A stretch of 32,294 bases of DNA, taken from contig NIVC01003559.1 in assembly GCA_002269645.1 (NCBI GenBank), positions 1-32,294 of the forward strand, read 5' to 3'. The notes below the pieces were generated by a model. It searched no databases. It had not been told where the DNA came from and saw only the letters and a program-made list of their open reading frames with translations. This document shows, one piece after another, positions 11,205 through 24,135 of the stretch. The stretch's first letter is position 1; each line of letters begins with the position of its first letter. Source of the stretch: Macrostomum lignano (Eukaryota). The position numbers and the translations under genes were made by a program.

Positions 11205-11615
11205 TCAGACGAGGCTGCCCCCGGTGTCCTCCATGATCATGTGGGGCCGCGGCCGCTGCGCGCCCAGCGTTTGAAACCCGCCGCCCGCTGCCGCGCTGGC
11301 GACGCCCGAGTGGTGCAGATGCCCCAACTGGTGCCTGCTTAGCGTGGCGCTCCGGTTACCATGGTTACCGGCTGCCACGGAGCAGAGGTCCGGCTGATGC
11401 CGACCGCCCGCCGGCGAGAAAGACAGGGTGGCGGCCGAGGCCGCGGCATGGCTGAGCTCCGCTGAGGACAGCAGCGAGGCCGCCCCGATGGAGGCCGTTG
11501 GCAGCGGGTGCTGGCGGTGCCCATTGCTATTGGAGACGCTGCCGCCTTTGCCGCTATCGCCGTCCGACTCCGGGACGCCATCAGATTGATCGTCGATCAG
11601 CTGCTTGACTGAGGC
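11205..11615 (-). CDS. Protocadherin predicted terminal exon 3 (cytoplasmic tail, 136 aa + stop)
   Basis: Acceptor ...ttgacctttattgcattctgcAG|GCC TCA GTC is phase 0 and matches the exon 2 donor. GC-rich codons. Encodes ASVKQLIDDQSDGVPESDGDSGKGGS...GGSLV*; DSGKGGS resembles the delta-protocadherin CM1 core DSGxGDS. Confidence 0.7.
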   Translation of the reverse strand, partial: ASVKQLIDDQSDGVPESDGDSGKGGSVSNSNGHRQHPLPTASIGAASLLSSAELSHAAASAATLSFSPAGGRHQPDLCSVAAGNHGNRSATLSRHQLGHLHHSGVASAAAGGGFQTLGAQRPRPHMIMEDTGGSLV

Positions 11616-11995
11616 CTGCAGAATGCAATAAAGGTCAAGGGTCAACTTAAAAGTCCCGAGCTCGATTCCCTAATAATAATGAATAGGTTAATGAGCTCAT
11701 TGTGCGTCGACGCTAATTGACCGATGAGTCATTGTTTTGCCGCTTTCTATTCTCACTGGCTGTTGTGGTCAACTGTGCCAATCATGACTGCACTCTTAAT
11801 ATTGTTATTGATACTTGCGTTACAGCCGCTCTCACTTGGCCAGGCAATTATTTGCATTCTGACCTCATCACGTGGGCGTTAGTTTTTCATACAAGTGGAA
11901 TTAGCCGTTTGCGGCACTCGGGATCCGAGGCAGGGCATGAATCCCATTGATTCGCTGAATAGATAGATAGATACTCGTAGATCGATAGATAGATG

Positions 11996-12428
<433 letters not shown>

Positions 12429-12599
12429 GAGCCCAGCTGTCAGTCATGCCTCTCCCATCAGCTGTTTCCGCCGGCCCCTGACCAGCGCCTTTCAATGAAC
12501 TCCAACGGCCGCTTGTCTCCACCTGTCAAACAATGGCCACCTAATCAAGAGACTGTTACACAAACTCAGAAATTAGCCAATTTCATTCTCAGGGACGTG

Positions 12600-13450
12600 G
12601 CATTTTAATCAGCTCATGTTTGGCCAACTGCTCACCCCAATTGAGTGGCAAGCTGGCTATGAATGCGGGAAGCTGGGAAGCTTCATCATTAGGTCACCGT
12701 GAGTTGAATATGAGGAGGCCTGAGCTGAGCTCCACCCCCTGAGCGCAATCGTCAAACAATGGGAGGCTTTTGGGGGTTTAAAAAAAATTGCCCATCCCTC
12801 AGCTGACCGCCGCCAGATAGGAAGCGAGTCAACCGACACCCCGCCTTGTTCCCATAATCAATTCCATCAGTTATACGCATTTCTCCGCTCTGCGGACGCA
12901 GCGCATGTGAAATTAATGATGCATTTCTCTGTCTCACTCTGCGGCTCTCCCACAGAAATATCCCCCCTCACAGCCCCGGCGTCTTCTTTTCTCCTCCCCA
13001 CGGGCCAAATAATTCGCGCTGCGCCGTGTCTTTGTTTCCCAAAAATCCCATTCTTACTCATCATAATTCCCCCCAGCTCCCACACCCCAAGGCCAAGGAG
13101 GTCTTGAACCAGAGTATTGGAGTGGCAACTCCACTCCAAGGCCCAGAAGAGTTATTCATAACTCTACAAAACACAGACGATGGGGACTTGACTCCACTGG
13201 CGTTTTTTAGCGCCAATAGTTCCAGATAACAATAAGGCTTTGATGTAGTGGCAGTGGGAGTTTTAAACTTTCCTTCCAGATCCCGCTTCTAGGCCTCCTT
13301 GGCTCCGCATGGCAGGCGGCGGGACCCAGCGGGTGTTGGCAGTAAAATGCGCAGACAAGGGGGTGAAGCTGAAGCTGAGCTGTGTGAGTCGCTATGTCGG
13401 AGTTAGGGGGGGGAGGGGAAGACAGTGCTGACAATTCCTTTTGTTTTTTT
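12600..13450 (-). mobile_element. Eroded LINE RT fragment (Rex1/Babar-like), most of the RT region
   Basis: AQLQLHPLVCAFYCQ...GIWKESLKLPLP...NYWR*KTPV...LCFVEL...LPLQYSGSRP..GV...ARII...SVGEPQS...QFFLNPQKP. Colinear with ADQLA.VF..IFN / WK.S.I.PVPK / NDYRPVAL / KCFERL / DPLQFAYR / VR.LF / G.PQG / L.LN..KT. Confidence 0.55.
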
Positions 13451-13916
13451 CCCCAGTTCCACTCGTTTGAGCTGTGAGTTCTCTCAGTGCTGTCTGCAGG
13501 CGCTCTGAGTAGAGCCCAACCAACTGGGGTCTTCCCAGGTTCTGATCGATTCAAAACATCCCCCAGTGCGGCCCGTTAAGCCCCTTCAACCGGCTGTGAA
13601 CAGTCACTTCTGACTTCCACCTATTGCGGATGGAGCACCTTAAGCGTTTCCTTTCAAACTCCATTTTGTTCGCCAGTTCAAATGACAGAAATTTTTACAT
13701 TCTGACTCATCGGGCTTATTTCGCTCGCAACAGGTAGCGCAAGGGAAGCAAATGTTTCTGGTTGAGCAACAATTGAGAGAAAAAAATTGCATCGAAACTT
13801 GAGCTGCTGAATTTTTGGAAAGGTGAGCAAAGTAAGGTAGTTTTTTAGTTGGAAATTGTCGGTTTTTTAAACCCAATCAATAACTGCAGTAGTATGGGGG
13901 GTAAGCTCATTCTAGA

Positions 13917-14050
13917 CCAGTTAAACACCCTACGGGCCTGTTTAAACACCCCATGGGCCAGTTTTTAAAACACCCTTTGAGCCTGTCTAAACACCCTATT
14001 GGCCAGTTTAAACACCCTCTGTCCAAACACATTCAGGCCTGTTTAAACGT
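13917..14050. repeat. Degenerate 21-22 bp minisatellite, about 6 copies, core GGCC(T/A)GTTTAAACACCC
   Basis: TAAACACCC or close variants recur about every 21-22 bp. Confidence 0.75.
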
Positions 14051-14089
14051 CGAGTTTCGATTAACTAAACACTTTAACAGTTAATTAAG

Positions 14090-14300
14090 ACACAGGAAAG
14101 CAAGGTACACTACCAGAATCAACAGGGAATTGAGTAAACAACCACCCGGCAACTGGAAAAGTTACGGTATGTTAATCAACACACGCGCGCACCTGGAGTA
14201 CTTTTCCAGTAGTGCTCACTCTGGGCTACAAAATCAGCATCAGCAAATAACAGAATCTCTTCAGAAAAAGAAGAAAAGAGATGAAGGGAAATGGTTGCAG
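14090..14300 (+). mobile_element. Eroded LINE fragment (post-RT region, L2/Crack-like)
   Basis: ORF 14130-14378 contains TRAHLEYFSSSAHSGLQNQHQQITESLQKK, close to IRP.LEYA..VWHSGL...Q...IE.IQKR. Confidence 0.55.
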
Positions 14301-14840
14301 TGTTGGCTGCGGCGGCGGCAGAGTCAACTGGAAATATACGCTGCGGGGGGGGGGCTACTGGATGAAGAAGGTGCTTGATTGAGCGGCGGCCAGGTGAGCA
14401 ATTAATTACTGCCGGAGCAAAGGCTTCATGAATTATTCAGCAAATATAATATAGAAAGGGAGAGAGAGGGAGAGGGGGGGGGTAGACGGCCTGGGGACTC
14501 CTGTAGGCGAAGAGGATTCTTGCAATCACTGGCTTCATCATGCCGGGAGGCTGGCTGGGGTGGGGGGAGCCGCTGTGCCTTGCTATCAACACTCGTAATG
14601 AGCGCGCTATTCCAACCCATCATCTCTGGGGTCTCCTGATACACTGATGCAGACTGATGGTGCTAGGCTCGTAGGCAAGGAGGAAGTCGGAGACTGGGAT
14701 ACGGTGACTGATGGCGAATTGAAAGGAGGATTGGCCATAGAGTGTCGGCTGTGGAGTAGACATGTGTTGATTGGGAGAGTGGAGGAGATGGGGGTAGGGG
14801 AGAGATAAGGGAGAGGAAGGCAATAAGAAGGGAAAGGGAT

Positions 14841-15042
14841 GGAAGATTGAAGGGAGAGGGAGGGAAGATTGAAGGTAGAGGGAGGGAAGATTGAAGGTAG
14901 AGGGAGGGAAGATTGAAGGGAGAGGGAGGGAAGATTGAAGGGAGAGGGAGGGGAGATTGAAGGGAGAGGGAGGGGAGATTGAAGGTAGAGGGAGGGAAAG
15001 GGTAGGGAGAGGGAAGGGGGAGGGAAGGGGAGGGAAGGGAGT
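14841..15042. repeat. 22-bp purine-rich minisatellite (GGAAGATTGAAGG[G/T]AGAGGGAG), about 7 copies, plus G-rich tail
   Basis: Direct reading. Confidence 0.9.
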
Positions 15043-15099
15043 GATGCAATGATGCAGAAGTTTTTATTTTTCACCAAATTTTGTAAAAACTCACCTCAT

Positions 15100-15480
15100 C
15101 AAGACCCAGATTGTCGAAATTGCTATTCCAGTTGCTATTCCGAAATTATTGAAAATTTTGTTCAGAAAGTACTCGTAAGGCTTCTCCGCCTACGAGTTAT
15201 CTTGCAAAGCAATTCCTAGGCCTGGACTGGTCCGCCTGGGCCTCATATTTTGCGAAGTGTCTCTTTCAAGGCTCCCGTGTTTCCTGGATAGAGACACACA
15301 GGCAGTAGGTGGAGACACAACAGCAGAAAGAATACAGGAAAGTGGCGGAACAGCGTCGCTTTCTGATGAAGCTACCATGGTAGTTGCCGGCCTGCCCAGC
15401 TCAGGCAGCAAACGGATAACTCGCTTCCATGCTTTTGAGGAACTAAAAATCAACCAAAAAGAATTCACCGGAGACCCTCA
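15100..15480 (-). mobile_element. Possible eroded LINE RT fragment
   Basis: ORF 15190-15468: WLIFSSSKAWKRVIRLLPELG...SPPTACVSLS...QNMRPRRTSPGLGI, loosely like DFSSAFN / KL..LG / PQGCVLS / KFADDT..VGLI. Weak. Confidence 0.28.
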
Positions 15481-15959
15481 GCCTCAATTCTCCCATTCCC
15501 GCCAGCGCGTGCAGCAGCGGAGATAAAGGCGTGGAGGCCGCCGGCCACGCCCATCTCGGATCCCCGCCGACTTTCAGTCTGTTGGATTTCAACTGATTTT
15601 TATCGTCCTCGAGTTCCCTTCATATTCTGGGATGTTCCCAAATTGGGATATTTGCATGCGTCTGTGGGATGTTGATTACAGGCCAAAAAAGATAGGATAG
15701 AAATGAGTTTTTTGAGTTGAACAGATCCTCAGCTCGCTTCAATGAGCTCCAATTCAAACCCTGAAATGTTTGGGCTTAAATATTCCCATTTTTAGGGGAT
15801 ATTTTCCTCCAATTGCCTACAGTCGAGTAGCCCAGGTAATTAGCAATTTGAAAATTGGACTCCCACCTCTGTCTGCCCCCCCCCCTATCTCGTTTGTTTC
15901 GTTAAGAAAATCAGTCTCTCGAACCCAGCGGGGGTCAGGGAGGAACCGGTGGTCTCAGG

Positions 15960-16330
15960 CGGGTGGGCGATGGCCGGACGGCTGTGAAAGAAGTTGTTCA
16001 AAGCGATCTCGATCTCGGCCACCCGGGAGGAGGGCACTCAGCCAGGATCCCAAATTGGCATCCTCAAGTCTTTGAGTCTGTCTATGGCCTTGTGCTCAGG
16101 CTCCGAATCCCATTAGTCAGATTGGGGGTCGGCTTCCCAATCGCCCGCCCCCCCCCCCCAGGTGCTGAGTGGGTTGCCCGCCTTTCTTTGAAAAACATTC
16201 CCACAAATTGCTTGGGACCGCCCGCTGCGGCTTCCCAAAGCCTGCAATTCGCATTTCAAAGTTTGGGGAGAATTTTCCCATCCATTGCGAGCAATTCGCG
16301 TCGACCCCCGTCTTTGACCCACCCAGCCGG
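15960..16330 (+). mobile_element. Possible eroded LINE RT C-terminal fragment
   Basis: ORF 15963-16391: GDGRTAVKEVVQSDLDL...LVRLGV...QSLQFAFQSLGRIFP, like VDDTT..EVV / Q.DLD / K.LGV / QKRALRIIFP. Confidence 0.33.
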
Positions 16331-17107
16331 GCGCGAATTCTATTGGGATTTCTCCGATTATAGGATAATATCCCAGCATGGGATTGGTTGATTAGAAAGT
16401 GTCTCATATTTTTATTATCCTCTCGAGAACCCGTCAGTTTATTGCGTCATTTTGGAAAAGCTTTGGAAAATTGGAAAAAAATTATTCTGAACCGAATTGA
16501 ATGGGAGGAGTTTGATGGTCAGAGGAACAAAGGAGGCCATCCAGAACGCCTCGAAGCTCTCAACAGAAGCCAAGTTTTCATTTCGGGTTCAGAACTTCTG
16601 GCCTTCCTCTCTCTGAGGCCTACTTCTGCCCAACGAAAGCTGAGTCAGTCAGATTCCGGATCTGATAACAATCTCGCCTCTCTCCCCTCTCTCCTCTATC
16701 TCTCTCTCTCTACCTCTCTCCCTAGCTGCTGTTTGTAGTAAAAGGCAAAATTCGCAGTTCGCTCCCCCTCCCAAGTGGGTGAATGTTGCGCAAACACATT
16801 CAGAGAGATTCAGTAAGCTGACAATGGCGGATACTGCTGGCCATAGCGGAGCAATGCTGTCCACTGCGCACCAGAGCAGTGAGGCTGCTATTAAAAGCTT
16901 TTCATGCCCGCTCTGGCAGGAGGGATCGGCCATGGGATCAGAACTGCCCCGTGCAGGGCCCGCTGGTCAGTAGGGTAGGCTGGCTAATCACTTAATAAGT
17001 TGGACAAACTTGACCTGTCAAAACTGACTGCTTCGGTTGGGTTTTGGGGCTTTTGTGTACGATTATGACTATATGATTACACTTCTCCCAGCCCCGTAGC
17101 CATGGGT

Positions 17108-17647
17108 CTACAGCACCTCCGCTGCCATATCCCCCAGATCTACAGCACCTCCGCTGCCATATCCCCCAGATCTACAGCACCTCAGCTGCCATATCCCCCA
17201 GATCTACAGCACCTCCGCTGCCATATCCCCCAGATCTACAGCACCTCAGCTGCCATATCCCCCAGATCTACAGCACCTCCGCTGCCATATCCCCCAGACC
17301 TACAGCACCTCCGCTGCCATATCCCCCAGATTCACAGCACCTCCGCTGCCATATCCCCCAGACCTACAGCACCTCCGCTGCCATATCCCCCAGACCTACA
17401 GCACCTCCGCTGCCATATCCCCCAGACCTACAGCACCTCCGCTGCCATATCCCCCAGATTCACAGCACCTCCGCTGCCATATCCCCCAGACCTACAGCAC
17501 CTCCGCTGCCATATCCCCCAGATTCACAGCACCTCCGCTGCCATGTCCCCCAGATTCACAGCACCTCCGCTGCCATATCCCCCAGATTCACAGCACCTCC
17601 GCTGCCATGTCCCCCAGATCTACAGCATTCAACCCCAGATCTACAGC
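17108..17647. repeat. 32-bp minisatellite CTACAGCACCTCCGCTGCCATATCCCCCAGAT, about 16 copies
   Basis: Direct reading; the 32-aa periodicity of ORF 17102-17737 equals three 32-bp units. Confidence 0.97.
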
Positions 17648-17694
17648 ATCAGCATCTACAGCAGCAGCCACTATCGAGCCACCCAAATCCTCAC

Positions 17695-17930
17695 CGGCTG
17701 CATGAAGGAGTCCAGCTTCCTCTGGCCGAACCGATGATCATAGTCTCTGATGCCGCCGTGCCCACCGCCGCCGCCGCCACCACCGTGGCTGCCGTGGCCG
17801 CCTCCGCCGCCGCAGCCTCCGCCGCAGTTATCGACCAGAGGCAGGCTGCAGCCCTGGCCGCCCGGCGACATCGGCCTGGAGACGCCGCCACCGCCGCCGC
17901 CGCCTCCGCCGGATTTGAGTCGGACGAGTT
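17695..17930 (-). CDS. Protocadherin predicted exon 2 (Gly-rich cytoplasmic segment, 236 nt)
   Basis: Acceptor ttctcttctcacAG|AA CTC is phase 1 and completes G+AA = Glu with exon 1. Donor CAG CCG|GTGAGG is phase 0. Encodes (E)LVRLKSGGG...RDYDHRFGQRKLDSFMQP. Confidence 0.75.
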
Positions 17931-18416
17931 CTGTGAGAAGAGAAGTGGCGTGAGGGGGGTTCAGCAATAATGAATAAAGTTAGCGACACTTGCAGCAGCT
18001 GCAATGGCATTGAGAATGAGAAATCGAGAGGGCTGTGGACAGACAGACAGTCTCTGCAATCCTATTTTCCTATTTGCCTGGCCAGGCTGACCACGCAGGC
18101 CCGTGGCAAATGGAATCACACTTTCAAGGCCGGACTTGATGAAGGAAAGAAATGTCTAAATGAGGGAAGCGGCGGCTGCAGCCGGCAGGGGGCTGCGATG
18201 AATTTCGTGGCTTCGGGCGGTAGGTGCGAGGTGTCTGTCGGGACGGGGAGATCATGACGGGCCGGCCGCACCCCGGATTAGCATAAATTTATCCGCACTG
18301 ACGTCTGCAGCTCTCCAGGTTGAGCCTCGGGGCGATGCAGCAGTTTTTATGCCAGTTGCCATCGTTGCCACACTATGACCGCGTAGCTGAGTCAGCTGCG
18401 GTTCTGAGTAGCGTGC

Positions 18417-18913
<497 letters not shown>

Positions 18914-19299
18914 AGCCAAGCAGTTCTGATTGCCTACTAAAATCTGCATAAATGGCTTCGTGCAGAGCATTGTGATGCCAATATGTTTAAGAGGCTGTTT
19001 AAAAGAGATTCACACACACTTGTCACGCCTTTGGCAGCACAGCATCCGAATGTCTTCCTGTAGGGAATTCCGAGGTGCCTCTATCCAGCTCTCATCCCCC
19101 CCCCCACCCAGGTTCTCAGCCACAGTTGCCACTCTGTCTCTCCGGCACGTTGTTGAAAAATTCCGACAGTCAATTAAGGAATCGGGCAAGCTTCGAATCG
19201 GCTTCTTGAACAACCTCCGAGTCCTGATCCCCCCGCCGGAGCCTCGCTGGGGGGGGGGGATGAATCGTGCGGCCGCATGGCGCCGGGAGAAAATCTGGC

Positions 19300-19680
19300 T
19301 GGCTCACCAAGCGGCTGATCAGGAGAAAAAAGTGAGCCATCTCGGAGAACGATGATGAGAAGCGATTGGCGTGGGAGGATGGAGGGAGCTGGTGAACTGC
19401 GGGAGGTGCGGAAAGGCCGGGAAAAATTGGGGAATGAGGAGTTGAAAATTTTATCCACGACCTTCTCTAAATGATTAATATTAATTAGGAGACGGAAAGT
19501 TTGAGGGGCCGCGGACGCGTGAAGAGGGTCGGGGGGTCCCTGAGCCGCTTCCGGCCTGAGGCCTGGAACCGTGACGGGGAGGGGCCTCGTTAGGTTTGTG
19601 AAGGAGTTAGACGAAAAGTAGAAGGCCGGCGGCAGAGTGATGTGGAATGGAAGAGGCTGGAGATCATGTCCCATAGGGAT
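19300..19680 (-). mobile_element. Possible eroded LINE fragment (pre-RT region)
   Basis: ORF 19174-19674: EAAQGPPD...KVVDKIFNSSF, like KA.GPD / V.DIFNSS. Weak. Confidence 0.28.
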
Positions 19681-19887
19681 AAAAGTATTCGGCCTCTGGC
19701 GATCTCACACGAAGGAATTTCGGGAGGCTGCGGATGAGGCGAGGGGGAGATGCAGAGACGGAGCTCTGCGAGATTCATTTAGTCTCTGCGGTCACGGGGC
19801 GCCTAATTTGTCATTTCCCGGGCTGCTCAGTTCTTGCATTTATTAGCGAACTGCGGGACTCGCGTGGCCAGCCTTCGGACTCACAGC

Positions 19888-20620
19888 TTCCAGAGACCTG
19901 ATGGGGTTTCCAGAGATCTGATGGGTTTCCAGAGATCTGATGGGGTTTCCAGAGATCTGATGGGGTTTCCAGAGATCTGATGGGTTTCCAGAGATCTGAT
20001 GGGGTTTCCAGAGATCTGATGGGTTTCCAGAGATCTGATGGGGTTTCCAGAGATCTGATGGGGTTTCCAGAGATCTGATGGGGTTTCCAGTGATCTGATG
20101 GGGTTTCCAGAGACCTGATGGGGTTTCCAGAGATCTGATCTGGCTTTCAGAGATCTGATGGGTTTCCAGAGATCTGATGGGTTTCCAGAGATCTGATGGG
20201 TTTCCAGAGATCTGATGGGGTTTCCAGAGATCTGATCTGGCTTTCAGAGATCTGATGGGTTTCCAGAGATCTGATGGGTTTCCAGAGATCTGATGGGTTT
20301 CCAGAGACCTGATGGGGTTTCCAGAGATCTGATGGGGTTTCCAGAGATCTGATGGAGTTTCCAGAGATCCGATGGGGTTTCCAGAGATCTGATGGGGTTT
20401 CCAGAGATCTGATGGGGTTTCCAGAGATCTGATGGGGTTTCCAGAGATCTGATGGGGTTTCCAGAGATCTGATGGGGTTTCCAGAGATCCGATGGGGTTT
20501 CCAGAGATCCGATGGGCTTCCAGAGATCCAATGAGGCTTCCAGAAATCCGATGGGGCTTCCAGAGATCCGATGGGTTTCTAGAGATCCGATGGGGCTTCC
20601 AGAGATCCGATGGGTTTCCA
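19888..20620. repeat. 19-20 bp minisatellite GATGGGGTTTCCAGAGATCT, about 37 copies
   Basis: Direct reading; G-run of 3 or 4; most units contain AGATCT. Confidence 0.97.
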
Positions 20621-20869
20621 TGTGTAGTTTTTGAGAGGCTACGCATTTTAGACCAGTTTTTTTAAAAGTGAACTTTATCCACTAAGTTCCTCTTGAGTAC
20701 ATCGTTCGTGAGTTCGCGCGTTGCCGCAGGTACTGGCTGAGTCGGCGGACTCAAGCGCCTACAGTTCCTTCTTAGGCGGGTTGAGCCTTTGAAGTTCGCA
20801 TCTCCTCCGTTTGCTTCATCTCTTCCCTTCACTCTGCCCCCCCCCCAGCCGGGCTCTGAGATGCTTATT

Positions 20870-21300
20870 AACGGTAAATCAAAGTCCAAAAATCCCCTCA
20901 TTTTTTTACTCCGGGCCGTCTCTCTGACTCCCATTTTCAGTCGGGATCCTTTGGGAGCCGCAAGCCCCGACCACCCCAGTTTCCCTGGCTGTTTGATTAG
21001 ACTTCTGACAAAATATGGCCGGCCGCCCTCTGTGTGCTCTGCCTGCTTGGATTTTAATAAGGGGGGGGGGGGTAGGCGGGCGCCCTTTTTGCTGCACTGC
21101 CGGCCGCCGTTGACAAGCCAAGCAGCCATCGTGGCATTGATTGTCTGAGAGCAAAGCCTTTGTTCAAGCAGTATAAACACGGCCACTCCCGCGGCTAACC
21201 GAGATGAAGCAGGCGTTTGAGAACTTTGAGAAGAATTCCTGAGCAATCTCTCAATTGATTTCCAAGAAGAAAATTGGAAGCGAAGAGTCGCTGGGGGGGG
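20870..21300 (+). mobile_element. Eroded LINE RT fragment
   Basis: ORF 20789-21148: KSKNPLIFLLRAVSLTPIFSR...LIRLL...CSACLDFNK, like PK..NP...DLRPISLTP.LSK / ALI.ML / FLDF.K. Spacing is about 20 aa shorter than I expect for intact elements. Confidence 0.45.
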
Positions 21301-22379
21301 GCTGTCGGCAAGCAGAGAGTAATAAATCATTTGGCCTCCCCAATCAACAGATGAAAGCCGGCCCCGTGTAACCGAGAGCGACTGAGAAATCAATTTTGTG
21401 TTTGTCCTCAGCCTCGTGTGCTGAACTCGCTGAGTTCCGCGCCCTCCCCCTCTGTGATGGAGAGTGGAGTCTGGGGCGAAGAAAGTGATGAGGAAAGCGA
21501 GAGGATAAAAGAAGCATGAGACGCCTGTTAAGCCTGCAGCGAGTTTTAACTATCAGATAAGTTGTCCATGCCAACAGGGGTTCTCCCTGCCCAGCCTCAC
21601 TTATCCGACATCACTAGCCGACAAAATCTAAAGGAGGTCTCTAAAAGCGTTAAGCGGACCGATCGGGATCGGAAGTGGACAAATAGTTTACTTTTCTGTG
21701 CCGGGCAGAGACTGCCGGGGAGCTGGCCGTAGAGGAGCAAAAGTTAATTATTTATCTTCATCGTGCGCCTTGCTACCCAGGCCCGGAGCCCAGATACTCT
21801 CTAATCTATCTTCTGCGGCCTCTGTGTTTATCGGGGCCCTTAATTTCATTAGCGGGCACCCCTGCCGCCTCTGCCCTCCGAGGGCTGCGGGGACTATGAA
21901 GGGGGGGGGGGCAGACCGAGGACTCAACCACTGCTGCCGTGAGTCACTGCATTCCCCCGAGGTCAAAGGACCCCTTTCACCCTCTCCGTCTCACACACTC
22001 TCTCTCTCTCTTTCTCTCTGTCTGTCTCCATCTCTATCGCTGCTCGAGCGCAAGCGAGTGAGCTACTCTCTACTCGGCTTAGCCAGTCAATAATCCGCTG
22101 CACTCGGCCCCTGTCACACAGTGAAGGAAATCAATAAGCAGCTCGCAGGCGGATATTCGCCCACTTCGCACCTCCGCCTCTGCCCGTTCCAGTGATAAGA
22201 TGAACTTTTATTATCGAACTCCGTGCAGCCCGAGAGCTCGGCAGCCGAATTTAGAAGGCTAATTAGTGCGAATTCACTATAGAGATACGACGTAATACTT
22301 CAGTAACTATTTAAAAACCTATTTCGTTTTCAAACAGATATCCGTGGGAGAATTCCTGTCATATTCCTGTCATTCTGGG

Positions 22380-22660
22380 GGGGTTCGAATGCGGATCGGG
22401 TATCGGGGGACACCTATGGGAAGGAGTGAATGAACCGACAAGATCCCATGCAGTAGGCCTTAGTAACAGGGGGTGGGCATTATCCCAGCGGCTGGACAGT
22501 GCAATCTGCGCTCCCCCCAGCTCTGTCTGTCTGTCTGTCCGCCGCATTGCAGCCTCCGCGAGGTGATGGAGCGAAAAAGGAGTGGCCGGGGGCTGAGGTC
22601 AGGCCGGACTGCTAATGCGGGGGCGCCAGAGGAGCCAGAAAGTGGGCTGGAAATGCAATA
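22380..22660 (+). mobile_element. Possible eroded LINE fragment
   Basis: KIPC...GIIPAAGQCNLRSPQL...LREVMER, loosely like VP..WK.S.IIP.PK / NDYRPV.L / MK..ER. Weak. Confidence 0.22.
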
Positions 22661-23112
22661 AAATGCAAATACCACGGGAAGAAGAGGCCAGGGGGGGGGG
22701 GGCAGAGCCCAGAGCCAACTCGGATCCCCTTCTGAGGCGCTGGATGGATTTATAAATCCCCATTCCTGACCAGGATAGCTGGTGTAGGTGGTGGGATTTT
22801 TTGGGATAAGGGATGTTCCTCCTCCCTTAGCTCGTATATTCTTAGAAAGCTCCCGTTTTTGAGGTGAAAAAATCAACTGAATTCCCCAAAAATTTGCATT
22901 TCGAGCAGTCGGCTAGAAAAATATATTGGCGATCCTCAGGCCAGCTGGGAGTTTTGGGATTAGGGAAATCTTGCCCCCCACCCGGTTCAATTCAAAACCG
23001 ATTCCATAGCGTTTATGGGATTTAGATGGGGGAATATGGAACTAGGGATTGCAGTGATCCAGAGAACCCAGATTCCCCTTAGTTCCGTTACGGCGACATT
23101 CATAACGGGTCG

Positions 23113-23250
23113 CTTCTCTATGACTCACTTCTCTATGACTTACATCTCTATGACTCACTTCTCTATGACTTACATCTCTATGACTCACATCTCTATGACT
23201 CACTTCTCTATGACTTACATCTCTATGACCCACATCTCTATGACTCACTT
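23113..23250. repeat. 15-bp minisatellite CTCTATGACT(C/T)AC(T/A)T, about 9 copies
   Basis: Direct reading. Confidence 0.95.
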
Positions 23251-23292
23251 TTCACGTGTACGAATGGCCAATGAACAGCCATCTTCAGTCTG

Positions 23293-24135
23293 TGCATGAC
23301 CCCCAATATCTATGCATGACCTCCAATATCTATGCATGACCGCCAATATCTATGCATGACCCCCAATATCTATGCATGGCCCCCCAATATCTATGCATGA
23401 CCCCCAATATCTATGCATGGCCCCCCAATATCTATGCATGACCCCAATATTTATGTATGACTCCAATATCTATGCATGGCCCCTCAATATCTATGTATGG
23501 CCCCCCAATATCTATGCATGGCCCACGAACATCTATGCATGGCCCCCAATATCTATGCATGGCCCCCAATATCTATGCATGGCCCCCCAATATCTATGCA
23601 TGGCCCCCCAATATCTATGCATGGCCCCCAATATCTATGCATGGCCCCCCAATATCTATGCATGACCCCAATATCTATGTATGGCCCCCAAATATCTATG
23701 CATGGCCCCTAATATCCATGCATGACCCCCAATATCTATGCAAATATCTATGCATGACCTCCAATATCTATGCATGACCGCCAATATCTATGCATGACCC
23801 CCAATATCTATGCATGGCCCCCCAATATCTATGCATGACCCCCAATATCTATGCATGGCCCCCAATATCTATGCATGACCCCAATATTTATGTATGACCC
23901 CAATATCTATGCATGGCCCCTCAATATCTATGTATGGCCCCCCAATATCTATGCATGACCCCCAACATCTATGCATGGACCCCCAACATCTATGCATGAC
24001 CCCCCAACATCTATGCATGGACCTCCAACATCTATGCATGGACCCCCAATATCTATCTATGCATGACCCCCCCCCAATATCTATGCATGGACCCCCAATA
24101 TCTATCTATGCATGGCCCACGAACATCTATGCACG
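23293..24135. repeat. 20-21 bp minisatellite CATG(A/G)CCCCCAATATCTATG, about 40 copies
   Basis: Direct reading; variable C-run; ATGCAT palindrome in most units. Confidence 0.97.

Noticed and set aside
11632-11644. Perfect nuclear-receptor DR1 element AGGTCA-A-GGGTCA
   Set aside because: On the sense strand it is two TTGAC branch-point-like motifs just upstream of the exon 3 acceptor, which explains it more simply.
12429-12522. Possible extra protocadherin exon (ttgacAG|GTG GAG ACA...)
   Set aside because: No convincing donor before the frame enters the (GTCT)n array; not needed for phase compatibility.
22262-22284. TCACTATAG similarity to a T7 promoter
   Set aside because: Only 9 matching bases and no other vector sequence; chance.
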